From Octopus bimaculoides (taxonomy: Eukaryota), in contig NC_068992.1 of the NCBI RefSeq assembly GCF_001194135.2, positions 5,138,710 through 5,202,709 of the forward strand: 64,000 nt of DNA, written 5' to 3'. Positions within the stretch are counted from its first letter, which is position 1. Each line of letters starts with the position of its first letter. The translations under genes and the position numbers were made by a program. The notes beneath the pieces were generated by a model. The model saw only the letters and a list, made by a program, of their open reading frames with translations, did no database searches and had not been told where the DNA came from. Positions 12,521-26,050 of this stretch are shown here, piece after piece.

Positions 12521-14224
12521 TATACTTCAACACAAGTTGATAAACACAATTTCAAAAGCGTGCAAGGCATGACCGACCCTTAACTTCTTTAGATATATTG
12601 CTTCTAAAATATATATATACAATGTCCTTTAATAGCATTGTTAAATCGTCAACATATATAAGTCAACATGTATAAGTCGTGAACATATATAACATGCTGC
12701 AGGATAATGTTGTAGATTGCGATATTCGTAATTAGCACTAACATCAAAATTATGGATTCAAAGATTGATAAATATATTTCTTTCCGTGTCTATAATACAT
12801 TTACTAATTACCAAATTCCTTTTATTGTTAGGTGGTTAATATGGAATTTGGAAACAGAATCATTTCTGAAAGCCGTCTACGGATAAAAGATTATTCATCA
12901 TATTTCCTGAGGTGTGTCATCGCCTGAGGAAAAACAAAATCATTTGTCAGTATGCTGTTTTCAAGTACAAATTTTCCGTCGGAGTTAGCTACTGTTTTCT
13001 GTACCTTTGCTATATAATGAACAAATCCTTCCAAACGATATTAATTTTGTACTAGTAACCAGAAAAATCAATATGTGTCTAATACCCATTATACGATTAC
13101 CAATGCATCTATAATTGAAATAATATCGAAATAATCTTTCATGAAGTGTCTATGAGAATTTTGAAACGATTTAAACCTGGGGGAGATATTTTATTAGTAA
13201 AATGTCGCCGAAATACGGTGAAGCTTACTAATAGTAAATAACAATTGTAATACATGTTTGAATTAAAATGTATTTCAGCAGATTCTTTTTATTATTGAAT
13301 TAAGTTAGCTCAAAGCTAGATATCATACATGAAATCTCGCACTCTGTCCCCTCCACCTGGCGTCTTAAACAGAGCACACATCTATCCTCATTTTCCTCAG
13401 TTCCTCACACACCTCATTTCCTTTTCCACGCAGACTTCCCACATTCAAACTTCACAATCTCACCCCAAACCTCGGCATCATAACGCAAGTCGTACTTGCA
13501 CGGCCTAGGATAAGGGTTTACATCGTCCTTTTTTGATGTAGGGAGGTGCAGCCCAACCTTTGGGCTGGCTGGTACCCATGCTCTTTTGCTATTGTCATGG
13601 GTTTTTTCATAGCTGGATTTTCTACGAAAAGCATGCCCTTCCTTACTCTTAACCTGAGTTTCTAGACATGAGTGTCTCCGAGACCAAGGCATCTACCACG
13701 ATTTTTAAGAAATCCCGTGCAAAACTAGCTCGGGAAGGCAGGGACGCTACTCCCTAAGACCCCTTTTGTATCCCACCTACTTTTGATTAATGAAAGTTGG
13801 TTACCGATGTGATGCGTAAATTTATTGAATCTTAGTATTGTTTTTGATGCGACTCAAGCGACGTTTTAGTTGATTTTATTTATTTGTCGGCAAGAAGTTG
13901 TTAATGCACGCTTTTCTTATGTTTATAATGTATAAAATTCCACATATTCCACAACGTAACCCACTTATATCTATTTTAAGACAGTGTAATGGAGTTTAAA
14001 GATAGTATGGTAAGTTATATTCTGGGATATAAGCCATCGTTGAGACCAGCGCATGTTGCGCCTTTACGTAGATACCATTTGTATAGCAGGATTATCTCTG
14101 AAGCTTTCTGCAGGTACAGTACGGCAGCAGAATGGTTTATTTTTACAGCAAAGATAATTATCAGAGTGGATACACATCTGATAAAATTTTAGATAAAGAA
14201 ATCACACTTGCACATATATTTAGG

Positions 14225-14284
14225 TATGTATGTGTACGTATGTATGTATCTATCTATCTGTGTGTGTCTGTCTGTGTGTGTTTG

Positions 14285-14335
<51 letters not shown>

Positions 14336-14525
14336 GTCTACCTCTATATATAACAGAGCAGTGCATGCCATCACTTTGATGGCATGCACTGCTCTCTCAC
14401 TCAATAATGATGATAATAATCATAATAAAAGTAACAACACAAGAACAACAAGAACAAGAACAAGAACAAGAACAAGAACAACAACAGCAACAACAACAAC
14501 AATAACAATAATAATAACGATACTA
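14225..14525. repeat. (TCTA)n and (ACAAGA)n/(ACA)n/(ATA)n microsatellites
   Basis: Direct repeats. Confidence 0.95.
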
Positions 14526-15119
14526 ATTATTATTTTCTTTTTTATTTACAGAGATGTCCAACAGTTTTAGATAAATTGATGATTCGAAGCCTTAAATCTG
14601 CATACAAGGATACTATTTATAGTTTACAGAGGAATGAAAAGTGAATTGATCTCAGCAGATTTGGAATTTAGATCATAAAGAGCTTTAACTAATGCATTTC
14701 TCTTGAGAATCTAATAGTTATAAGTGAGTGTATTATGTAAAGTGTATATAACTAACATGTATATTATATTAAAAGAGAATCATTGTTTATGAATAATGTC
14801 TGTGTTGAAAGATGTTTCGTCTGAACATATGAAACTTATTATTTTCTCTAGTGTCACGTATATATTCTATCTCAATCAATTTTTAATGTTGATTTTGCAA
14901 TATGTCACTAGCGACTTCCGTTTGTATTATATATTCAACTACGATGTACCAATTACATATGTATTTCTACCAATGGAAAATGTGTTTGCATAGACATATG
15001 TATTATTTAATGCATACTTGAATCAGGCATTCTTACAGTTTGACAACGCTGCAACATATAGTGCTTAACTTTTTAGAAGTCAACATATGAATACTAAATA
15101 TTAAATTTTATATATACTT

Positions 15120-15152
15120 ATACATACACATATATGTGTGTGTGTGTGTGTA

Positions 15153-15197
<45 letters not shown>
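15120..15197. repeat. (TG)n microsatellite
   Basis: Direct repeat. Confidence 0.95.
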
Positions 15198-15201
<4 letters not shown>

Positions 15202-16189
15202 TTTTTGAAATGCTGTACAAATAGTTTATATTGAAGAAAGGAAGCAGTCGGAATTTGCGATTATTCTGCACTAGGGCTTTCATTCGTTTACCGGACATGT
15301 CAAGACAAAATCAAAACCGAAATGGTAAATACCGAGGATTTCCTTGGTCAATTATATGAATAGGATGCATCTTGCTTTGTTTAAAAGAGGAGAAAATAGT
15401 TTTATTTTTTCGAAAAATGGGGAAAGAGAGAAAATGAACGAGTGGGGAAATAGTGTGACAGCGAGAAAGAAAGAGAGACGATTCAGGACAACCAACAAAA
15501 AAGAAACAATAATAAAAGATGGGGAGAGGATAGATAAATGCATAGATAGATAGAGAGATAGACAGACAGATAAATAAATAGAGAGCAGGAGAGAAAAATG
15601 TGATCAATTCATTGAAATTTCATTACAAAGCATTTTTCTTTTTTCTCCATTATTTCTTTTTCCTTCCCATTGCATACCTGTCAACATACTTCTCAGAAGG
15701 ACCGGTGATCTTTCAAAACGTCAATTTTAGGAAGTAGGAGAGGAGAGATAATAAAAGAGGTGGGGGGCGGTCATCACTGAAAAATAAAAAAAAGATTTCA
15801 AATTTCAAAGTCCTATGAAAACGTATATTCCTTTACATTTGCTTGAACAGACATTAAATATTACAACAATATTTATAAATGAGGAAAATAAAGTTAGAAT
15901 AAAAAAATATATATTTGGTACTGTTTATAATACTCTCTATTCTCTATGTATATTTAATGAAACATCATATATGTGTTTTGTATTAATATGTATATTGCAT
16001 ATTTAGCTGGAATCCACTCTGTAAAGTATAAATCACATAATACAGCATGGTCTGCTTACATACAATTTTGAGTAGATTTCATCATTTTGCAGTTTTTCTT
16101 TTTCGTTTTCTTGGATAAGTTAATTCAAAAGAGACCTCGATCTCGGGTACATGTAAGTTCTCTAAGAACAACAGTTGTCAAAATCGCAA

Positions 16190-16276
16190 TGATATACACA
16201 CACGCACACATGCACACACTCATACACATACACACACATGCACACACTCATACACAAACACACATGTACATACATG

Positions 16277-16310
<34 letters not shown>

Positions 16311-16332
16311 CACACACACACACACACATACA
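16190..16332. repeat. (CA)n microsatellite
   Basis: Direct repeat. Confidence 0.95.
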
Positions 16333-16469
16333 TCTGATCATTTATAGTGATGAGTATCACGTTGTTAACAATCAGAAACAACAGTAACAGTGTAATAATA
16401 TGTTTTCTTTTCCTCCATCAACATTACTATTTAAAATAAAATAACAATAAAAATGTAGTTTATCTGCTT

Positions 16470-16800
16470 CTCTTTCAAATATCTAATTTTGTAGAGAATT
16501 TTTTGATGAAGTGTAACTCCATTGCATTTCGGAATTTAGTGTCTTATCTTGAACATTTGTAAAATGGGAAGATTTTGAACTTTCCTTCAGTGCATTTTTC
16601 TAGATGATTGCTCAATAGAATCTTGCGCAATTTCTCTTGTCGGATGTGTTCTCTGTGGATTCTTGCAAGTTGGCAAAGGGAATTGTTTGTTTTGCCGATG
16701 TATTTTTTTCTTGCAGTTGATGCAAGTAAAGCTGTATACTAGATTCTGCGTCGTGCACTTCATATCTTCATTTACTTTGAACGAGAATCCATTCTTGAAT
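16470..16800 (-). mobile_element. Penelope-like element, GIY-YIG endonuclease relic
   Basis: Minus strand FKNGFSFKVNEDMKCTTQNLVYSFTCINCKKK followed, with frameshifts, by GKFKIFPFYK...ELHFIKKF. This matches the PLE pattern C...N.VY...C..C...YIG and the C-terminal E...I..F motif. Confidence 0.75.
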
Positions 16801-17528
16801 CGGCTCCTCATCACGTGTCCTCCTTGACACGCTTCCAAATTTCGCATTAGAACTCTCGGTTGACGAACTGGCCCAGGGTGTCGAATTGTCGATGCACAAT
16901 ACCACGGATGTCGACAAAAATTATGACCATACTCTTGATTGAGCTGCATCTCTGTCGTGCCTTCTTCGGTCGTGGAGATGAAGGCCTTTTTCCATTGTGA
17001 AGACTATTACTTCGTATCAGGGTCATGCTCGTAGATCCAACCTCTCTTCACCGGTGGTGATCCTCGGCATGAAGGATATGTAATCAATGGCACTCTGATG
17101 GAGATATTGACAAACCAACCACATCAGAAATATCATCCGATGGTCCTCATATAAAAGCTGATGAATTTTCTCCACCTTTCTGGGGTTGACACTGCAAAGC
17201 ATGTATTCCAGATCGCTAATCGTCTTTCAGGTTCGTTATTTCGCTTTTGACAATCTTGTGTCACCCATTGCTTCGTCGCCGAAAGCTTGTCGAAGCATGC
17301 TTATTTTGATTCTTTGTTTCCACTTCCTGTCCATGACAAAACCTGAGATTACAGCATACATATATTCACATAAACACAAATTTCACAACTTGCAAAGTAG
17401 ACGCAGCAATGTCACACCTCACACTCCTTTATGAAGGTCACTGCTAGCTCTCAATGCACAGGCAACCGCATCATTACGTCTGTTGGCGTGCTACAGAACT
17501 AGTCCCGGCACTTTTGGATACCAACTCG
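16801..17528 (-). mobile_element. Mariner element, internally deleted
   Basis: TIR-like end (TA)CGAGTTGGTATCCAAAAGTGCCGGGACT. Minus-strand motifs MDRKWKQRI..MLRQAFGDEAMG, KVEKIHQLLYED, FMPRITTG, WIYEHDPDTK**SSQWK and PRPKKARQ..IKSMVIIFVDIRGIVH. Confidence 0.9.
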
Positions 17529-18869
17529 TACCTATGTTATTATTCAAGATGTTTAAGCTTCGTAGTTTAAGCACCATGGATATTGGGACGTTATTAGTCA
17601 ACTCATGTCACTGGTATGAATGCAGCTATAAGTTTCATACTGCTGGTCGCAGGTGGGAGAGGTAGTCCAGAGATAGTGAGGACAAAACGTCCTCCATAGA
17701 ACCAGAATAGTTTCTATTTCCCTTCATCTGAATGTTTTCATAATCTCTTCAGCCACACATTGCAAATGTTTTGGTAACACGTAAGCGAAACGAGTCGTCG
17801 TTACTTATATCAGCCATCGGATCACTTATTCTGTTTGACTTGGGAATATACACTCCTTTCGTCTTAAAATAACATGTTGCAGCATGTTAACGCAAGCTAG
17901 CTGATAGCGAATGGCTTAGAAATTTCCTGCAGTTCATCAATTCCGTGGGCAGTCTGACGTAGTTTTTGTGCAATTGAAATATCTAAACGACTAAATGGCT
18001 GCACGCTAAATTTGATGTTTAGTATTTAAAAATTAAGATACAAGAATTTGAGAAAAATCTTCCTACGACTCACTCTCAAAGTAATCCAAATATTTTCACA
18101 TCAGATTATTTGATATCCTGACGTTTGTCCGTATATCGGTCTTTGATCTTCCTCCAATAAATTTTAAATCTCTGCTTTTCTTTCAAGTTGTGTTATATGA
18201 TTCTCTAATTATTAATTAAAAGCTTTCAGTAGCATGCTTTAATCAAAACACTCAATGGTTTGTAGATTTATTACAAACAGAATTAGGTTGATGATCATTT
18301 TCACGAAGTTAAATAATGAACGGATCTTATTTGGATGAAATGAATTCTATAATTCTCGATGTTCATGTTATATATTTTGTTTCTGGTGGAGTCGCTGAAA
18401 ATTGAGGTGTTTGTTGTTGTGATGGTGTAGGTGATAATTGTTGGTGGTATCGACATTCCTCAGGAATATCATGATGACGATAAGGCTATAGGCAAAGAAC
18501 TACAACGCCCATGATAATGGTGTTAATGACATATTATTATTGGATTTAGAATATCTTTCCTAAGACTAAGACTTTGCAGGGCAGTTGCTGAAACTGAACG
18601 CCCAAGGAGAATGAAACGTGAATAGTTGTGAATATTAATAACAACGATTAGCATCATTTTATTTACTCCATTTACACGTAGCTATAGATACCCAATTGAA
18701 GATATAGTCGAAGAAAAAAAACGATTTATGCTTATATTTATGAAATAGTTATGGTGATTTCAATGAGGCATATGTATGCAGCGTTTTCCCTGCAGTTTAT
18801 CCATATCGCTATGCATAATCGAAATAACAATATATTTATATACTTATATGTCTGTGCTAGTGTGAGTGT

Positions 18870-18915
18870 TTCAGTGTGTGTATGTGTGTACGTGAGTGTG
18901 AGAGAGATTATGTGT

Positions 18916-18970
<55 letters not shown>

Positions 18971-18990
18971 TTGCGTGTGTGTATGCACGC
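18870..18990. repeat. (TG)n microsatellite
   Basis: Direct repeat. Confidence 0.95.
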
Positions 18991-19719
18991 ATGTTTCTAT
19001 GAAAGTATTTTAAGTTCATATAAAGAAGAAACGCAGTTATACGCAGACACAAGATCGCACCCAGACATTGACTGGCAGGCATTTAGATAGAGGCAGTCGA
19101 TTATTGCATAGTAGACACTACAAAATGTCTACAGCTATAATGTTTGTGATCACATTTCTGCTAGACAGAAATGAATACGATGCCAATCTCCAAAGACAGC
19201 AATACCAAAAGAAATACTTGCAACATCATTAAGATCTTGTTTAATACAGGCTTATATATGGTAGTCTCTGTCATAAATTTTAAATGAGGAGGAAAATTCT
19301 CGACACAATCTCATGTGAAATATGTCAAAACCTGTTTTTGTAAATGTATAGAAAATTATAAACATGAAACTAAGAACAGAGACATCTAAGTAAAAATATA
19401 CATTAACCCTATGAATTTTCAGATAGAACTGGTAACATGTAAATGTAAGTATGAAAGGAAATCGTCTTCATTATCATCATATACTCATCATTCTTCTAAT
19501 TACAATCATCATCACCATTATCATTTGTCATTCATCAATTATGATCAGTAAGAAGGAAAAGCAAAGTTAATACGTTCGGTGCAGTCGAACACGTTGCTGT
19601 CTGTGTGTGTCATTGTGTTGGTGCGTGTTTGTGTGTCCATCTGTATATATGTATGTCTGTGTAGATGAATATATACACCGCCTTGCATGTAGGTAATGGA
19701 CATATTTTGTATGTACTAT

Positions 19720-19783
19720 AGACACGGGTCTACCAAATGTATGTGAGTGGATATGGTAGACGGAACCTGAGAGAAACCGGTCA

Positions 19784-19818
<35 letters not shown>
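19720..19818 (+). mobile_element. SINE type B fragment running into (TA)n and a gap
   Basis: accaaatgtatgtgagtggatatggtagacggaacctgagagaaacc followed by (TA)n. Confidence 0.7.
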
Positions 19819-20357
19819 NNNNNNNNNNNNNNNNNNNNNNNNNNNNNNNNNNNNNNNNNNNNNNNNNNNNNNNNNNNNNNNNNNNNNNNNNNNNNNNNNN
19901 NNNNNNNNNNNNNNNNNNNNNNNNNNNNNNNNNNNNNNNNNNNNNNNNNNNNNNNNNNNNNNNNNNNNNNNNNNNNNNNNNNNNNNNNNNNNNNNNNNNN
20001 NNNNNNNNNNNNNNNNNNNNNNNNNNNNNNNNNNNNNNNNNNNNNNNNNNNNNNNNNNNNNNNNNNNNNNNNNNNNNNNNNNNNNNNNNNNNNNNNNNNN
20101 NNNNNNNNNNNNNNNNNNNNNNNNNNNNNNNNNNNNNNNNNNNNNNNNNNNNNNNNNNNNNNNNNNNNNNNNNNNNNNNNNNNNNNNNNNNNNNNNNNNN
20201 NNNNNNNNNNNNNNNNNNNNNNNNNNNNNNNNNNNNNNNNNNNNNNNNNNNNNNNNNNNNNNNNNNNNNNNNNNNNNNNNNNNNNNNNNNNNNNNNNNNN
20301 NNNNNNNNNNNNNNNNNNNNNNNNNNNNNNNNNNNNNNNNNNNNNNNNNNNNNNNNN

Positions 20358-20397
<40 letters not shown>

Positions 20398-21174
20398 CAT
20401 ATACATTCGTGCTTGTCTATATTTTATCTACCAGATGATAATCAGTAGGTTAGATAGTATGTTATTATATTTTAATATCAGCCATATAATATTTCAGAAC
20501 ATAATATTCCCAAAAACAATTCTATCGACAGTCATTTTTATTAGTGTCATAATGCACAGGAAAGAAATTATTTATATACCCGCTCTTCGTTATGGTTCCT
20601 TGGAGAGATAATCCATCGTGTTTTATAAACTACATTTGCCACTTTGTCTTTGACAAACGTTATTATTCTCACACTATATTTTTCAATTAATCAAAGTATA
20701 GGAAACAAAACTGTTTGAAAAGAAATTTTCTATAAGAGATTATTACTGTTACTGCGAAATGAATTGAACAAAAATACTTCATACGGACACCTATAATTGG
20801 TTCTATGGAAATTGAAGTAGACACAATATAGTGTTTTATACACTTCATTGTTAGATTCTTTTTTCCGTATTGTTTGTAAGGTATATAAAAAAAAAATTCT
20901 GTGGAAATTCGCCAATGAAAAATCATATATTAATTTACATTTTTATTTTTCGATCATTTTTATATTTGTACTTCTGCAAATTTGTTTTCATCTACCAAAT
21001 ATTTTCATTGAAAGTAGAACCTGAAACATTTTGTTTTTAATTTTTACTTCATGTTGTCACTGGAGTGTGAAGTACGTGTTTCACAAGATGGATATAAAGT
21101 CATACTCACAAAACGTAGAGTGAAGATGTGTTATATACAAATACACGCATACACACTCACTTATACGCACGCAC

Positions 21175-21312
21175 AAATTACCAGGTTTACAAAGAATAAG
21201 TCCTGGGATCTATTTGCGCGACTGAAGAGGGTGCTCCGGCATGAACGCTGTGAAATGACTGAAATAAATAAAAGAAGAAAAGAAGAAAAGAAGAAAAGAA
21301 GAAAAGAAGAAA
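21175..21312 (+). mobile_element. SINE type B 3' end with A-rich (AGAAA/AAGA)n tail
   Basis: ttacaaagaataagtcctggg...ggtgctccggcatg...aaatgactgaaataaataaaagaag. A similar tail lies at 63800-63860. Confidence 0.7.
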
Positions 21313-21729
21313 AGATTATAACCATCGATGCTCGAAAGTAACATACGATAAATGGGTTAATACATACGATAGAATTAGATACATTAATAACCATCTGTTG
21401 TTGGTTACATCAGTGTGTCGAGACTTCATTAAATGTTACATAGACGCATTTTGTATTTAGATTATTGTATATACTAATATGATTCTAGTCTGAGAAATGT
21501 AATTAAACGTAGAAGAGTTACAAATATCAATAATACCAATAATATCGCCATAAATATAACACACACACACTCACAGATACACACACACGCACAGATACGC
21601 ACACACGCACATCCACATACACATAAAAATACATACATTTACACACTCACACACACATACACACACATATTGGTGGGAATTGAATTTGCTGAATCAGAGT
21701 AAACGGAATGATATATAAGTAAATAGTAG

Positions 21730-22480
21730 AAGTTTCACTCTGCCACGACGATTACTGGGCGTTTCCTATATCCCGCTATTCTATTTTTTCTCTTATGAAA
21801 GAAAATATTTATCTCAGCGTTCACTATTTTCCCGTCCTTCAGGTCTAACGACCCTCCATGTATGTTTTCGTTCGCTTTGAAGACGACTCTTCAAGACAGC
21901 ATTTTCTTTCTTATCATTTTTGGTTGTTGTTCAATTCGTGCGGCACCCATTTCTCAAGTATTTTTGGTTTTCCAATCTCTTTCAAGTTGTTGGAAATTAT
22001 GGTATACGTTACGTCTATTCAGAAGCAAGCTCTCGAACAGTTGTCTGTGGATTGGCCTCCCCTAAGGCTCTTAGTTGATCGTTGTCAACATCCGATGGTC
22101 GACCATTACGCTTATCCTCTTCAAGATTCTCGTCACCGCTACGGAATTTCTTGAACCACCATTGTGCTGTAAGTTCATTAGTAGTTCGTGGGTCAATCGC
22201 ATCGTTGATATCGAGAGCTGTTTCAGCAGCTTTTCAGCCTAGCTTCAACTGGAATAAGAAAATTGTGCGAATTTGCTTTTTGTCCATGTTGTATTCAACC
22301 TTCCGGGAAAAAATGGCCTAATTACCCCAAAAGAAAAAAAAGAGTAACACGATTAGACAGAGCGAAAAGCGGGCTTTAAAATGATATATAAAGTCAAAGT
22401 AATTTAACGAAAATTAATTTGAACATACATAATTTAAAACCAAAGTTTAAAATTCCGCAAGAATTTTCTTCACAACCTAA
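21730..22480 (-). mobile_element. Mariner element, cecropia/Hsmar1-like subfamily, internally deleted
   Basis: TIR (TA)TTAGGTTGTGAAGAAAATTCTTGCGG. From 22287 the minus strand reads MDKKQIRTIFLFQLKLG*KAAETALDINDAIDPRTTNELTAQWWFKKFRSGDENLEEDKRNGRPSDVDNDQLRAL. The left boundary is approximate. Confidence 0.9.
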
Positions 22481-23431
22481 TATTTCATGTTACTGTTGGT
22501 GACGTCCTGTACCCATGTGCCATGTATGCATATATATGATATATATAAATGATATGAACCGGAGTATGTGATCTAGGGAGTTCTAAATATAAACATGAAA
22601 GAAGCGATATCTCGCTGCTTGACAATATCTTAAAGAAAACCCTACTGTCCCCAAAATCTTCACGGTGCACTTCATCTTAAAATATGAAATTCAAAAAAAA
22701 ATATATATATTAACTACATCCTCGGTACGTGGAAAGCAAATATCCTACTGTAATTTCTGTAAATAATGTCACATGAGATTATCAGAAACTCATGACATGC
22801 ACAACGAAAATACACGCAAATTCATTTTTTTCCGTTTATTGAAACATGGACCTTCATATAATCTTAACTGATTTAGTGATATGTCATTTCTTCAACTCTT
22901 TCGCCCAAATACATCATGAATACCAATGCAAAAATTATTGTCAACAGAGCGGTTCTCAAGTAATTATGTACAAAACCATATAGACGTTTCTGGACATATT
23001 CCATTGACATGTATGGAGTCAGTGTTGTGACAATGTACTATTTACTTCATGGAAACGATTTCACTGTCAGAGGTTAATCTATATAGTATTGGATACAAAT
23101 GTTTCTCTTTCAAACAATAATATCCTATATAATGAACTTTGTCAGCAGCACATAACACAGGTAACTCATTAACATTAGCACGACTTTTCTCAAGAGAAAA
23201 AAATATAACATTCGCAACAATAAGTATTCCATGAAATCAAAGTGTCATTAGATTAATACAAAACAACAACACTTACTAAGCTAATATTTTATCGTACTCA
23301 GTAAAGATCAGTAATAACATATATATATATATCAGTAATAATATATATAAAGATCATGTAATAACATTGACACTCAACATTATTTATGGTCTCAATGTAT
23401 GCAATGCTCCCACTTCAGAAACATACAATTC

Positions 23432-23843
23432 GTTTCTACTCTTGGCATAAGGCGCACAATTTTGGGGAAGAGGCCAGTCGATTAGATGGACCCAAGTACG
23501 CAACTGGTACTTAATTTATCGACCCAGATGAGAAACGAAGACGCCCTCGGCGGAATTTGGACTCAGAACGTAAACACAGACGAAATACCGCTAAGCATTT
23601 TGCCCTGTGTGCTAAAGTTTCTTATTTCTTTACTGCTCACAAGGGGCAACACACAGAGGAGACAAACAAGGACAGACACAAGAATTAAGTTGACTATATC
23701 GACCCCAGTGCGTAACTGGTACTTATTTAATCGACCCCGAAAGGATGAAAGGCAAAGTCAACCTCGCCGTAATTTGAACTCAGAACGTAACGGCAGACAA
23801 AATACCGCTAAGTATTTCGCCGGCGTGCTAATGTTTCTGCCAG
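23432..23843 (-). mobile_element. Head-to-tail SINE dimer (two different 3' tails) bounded by a 10-bp TSD
   Basis: Units at about 23621-23843 and 23432-23620 share the head and core (gcggaatttg.actcagaacgtaa, aactggtactta). The direct repeat catacaattc lies at 23422-23431 and 23844-23853. Confidence 0.9.
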
Positions 23844-25299
23844 CATACAATTCTGAGAAAAACGTGATCCAACGGTTAGTCTTTCTATACGAAACACCAA
23901 TATTTGAACCGCGTTCAACTAGTTCGCTTGTAGAAAAACAGAAATTGATTTTTTTTTTTAATAACGCGTTAATAAACATGCTTCTGTTTCGTTTCTAGTT
24001 GTGTAGACTAGAGCAAAATGAAGGTAAGTGCCATAATCTAAGCAATAGATAACTTCACATATATTGTCTGAGTAACAGACCATCATCACTTTAAAAGATG
24101 TACAACAGATGCTTTGTGATTTAAAATGACTTTTACTCTGTGTTAAATCTTCTGACATTAATGCAACATGTGGCAAAATGATTATAGATTGAATAATTCA
24201 GGAAACCTAAAATGGAAAAGCCAGTTTAGGCACCGCTATGTGGTAGGGTTCAATCACCATTTCCAAATATTAGCTAAATTCTACTCGAAATCCAAAGCCT
24301 CACAATTACAGTGGCACAAATTAAATAATGATGTGATCAGAGAAATAAAATTAGGATAGACATCTTTTAACACCTTTGAAGATTGGAGTTCTATAGCATA
24401 GCTACTCGGGGATGAGATTAATATAACAACAACATAAGGATATTTATTACCATATTCATTCGAGTATATATATATATATGTGGGTTTGGAACAAATACCT
24501 TCAATTTTCTCCCTATTATGTTCAGCATGTGACTATTGGCTATTATCTATCAATTTAACAACAGAAGTAATTCAAATGCAACTCACGATGCAATTCTTTA
24601 TAGAGCAAAGAAATTGCGAGCAATATAAAGAAATTTATGCAATTATTATAGCCTGCATGCTGGAGATCAAAGTAAGCGAAATTCTGACGGCTACACAAAG
24701 CTTATTAAATTGCGTCACCATTATTGTTAATATGACAAATGTTATTCAAAGTTTTACATTATGTATTTCATGTGCGTGAATAAGTATTGAATATAATTGA
24801 ATTTGAGATTGATACACATTACTCACTGCTGTTTAAACAGTTCCTGAAATCTGTCAGTAGAAATGTTCCATGAAAGCATCAGTTTGTCATGAATAATCCA
24901 TCAAAGAATTTGTTTATAACTTTACGTTGGAAGGGAAATGTAGTCACACTATGCTTTTAATTAGCAGCTGCATATTTGTTTCAATGAGTATTCTATTTGC
25001 AATAAAAACGCAGTATGGGTTGTACAAATATAAACACTAAATTATCCGCAACTGTGAAAGCATGCCGTTCGCCATATTTTAAAACGGGGCCGAAGTGATG
25101 TAGCAGTAGGATTTTAACTAATTGCTGTAGTTATGGTCCTAACAAAATACCAAATATTGAAATTTTCGACAGGTTTTTCTAAAGCCAACCCCGTTTAACT
25201 ACTAACAATCTATCACTTTTGTTTTTTTAATGCTGTATGAAAAAGAAAATATGACACGTTGCATCATTACTAATCGAGAAGATAGCGAGCTGTTACAAT

Positions 25300-25425
25300 C
25301 ATTAGCACACTGGGCAAAATGCTAAGCGGTGTTACGTCCGTCCTTACGTTCTGAGTTCTGTTATTAATTTGATGTCGATGAAATAAGTACCAGTTATACA
25401 GTGGAGTCGATATAGCCGACTTGCC
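25300..25425 (+). mobile_element. SINE type A relic with internal deletion
   Basis: ttagcacactgggcaaaatgctaagcgg...cgttctgagttc joined to aaataagtaccagtta...gtcgatatagccgact. Confidence 0.7.
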
Positions 25426-25964
25426 ACGTCGCAACAAAATTTCCAACCCTGTGTCTATAGCAGAAAAGATTATTACTAATCAGTGACTTCAAATTATTTG
25501 CAAGCATTCAAACGCAAAATCTTTAAAACATAAAATGTTATAGCAATTAATATTTCCATTAAATGTTTAAAGAGGAGAAAAGGTATTTTACATTTTTCAC
25601 AAAGTTAGACTAAAAATATTAAATATAACGACAGAGAACTTAAAGTTGTCGAATTATGATTATAAAACAGGCGCCCCTTAGTTACGGCTACCTCAGGTAA
25701 GGGATTTTGCGCTTATGGAAATTGTAAATTACAAGTATACATTTCGGGATGTGGTTTGTAATTTCGCCATTACAGAATCTCGTATTACGTAGTTTAAAAT
25801 AATTAATTCAACACTTTCCTCATCACTCAACACTTTCTTCGTCACTCAATATGTATAAAAGATCAACCTATGTTGTTAACGATTTGAAAAAAAAAAATCC
25901 GTCACCCTGTTAAATACATACAAGCACACACAGACTAATAAGTATATAATATACGTGATGCGAT

Positions 25965-25967
<3 letters not shown>

Positions 25968-26047
<80 letters not shown>
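25968..26047. repeat. (CA)n-(TA)n microsatellite
   Basis: Direct repeats. Confidence 0.95.

Positions 26048-26050
<3 letters not shown>

Noticed and set aside
23486-23998. 170-aa ORF (also 2339-2533, 51329-51675)
   Set aside because: These are translations of SINE sequence.
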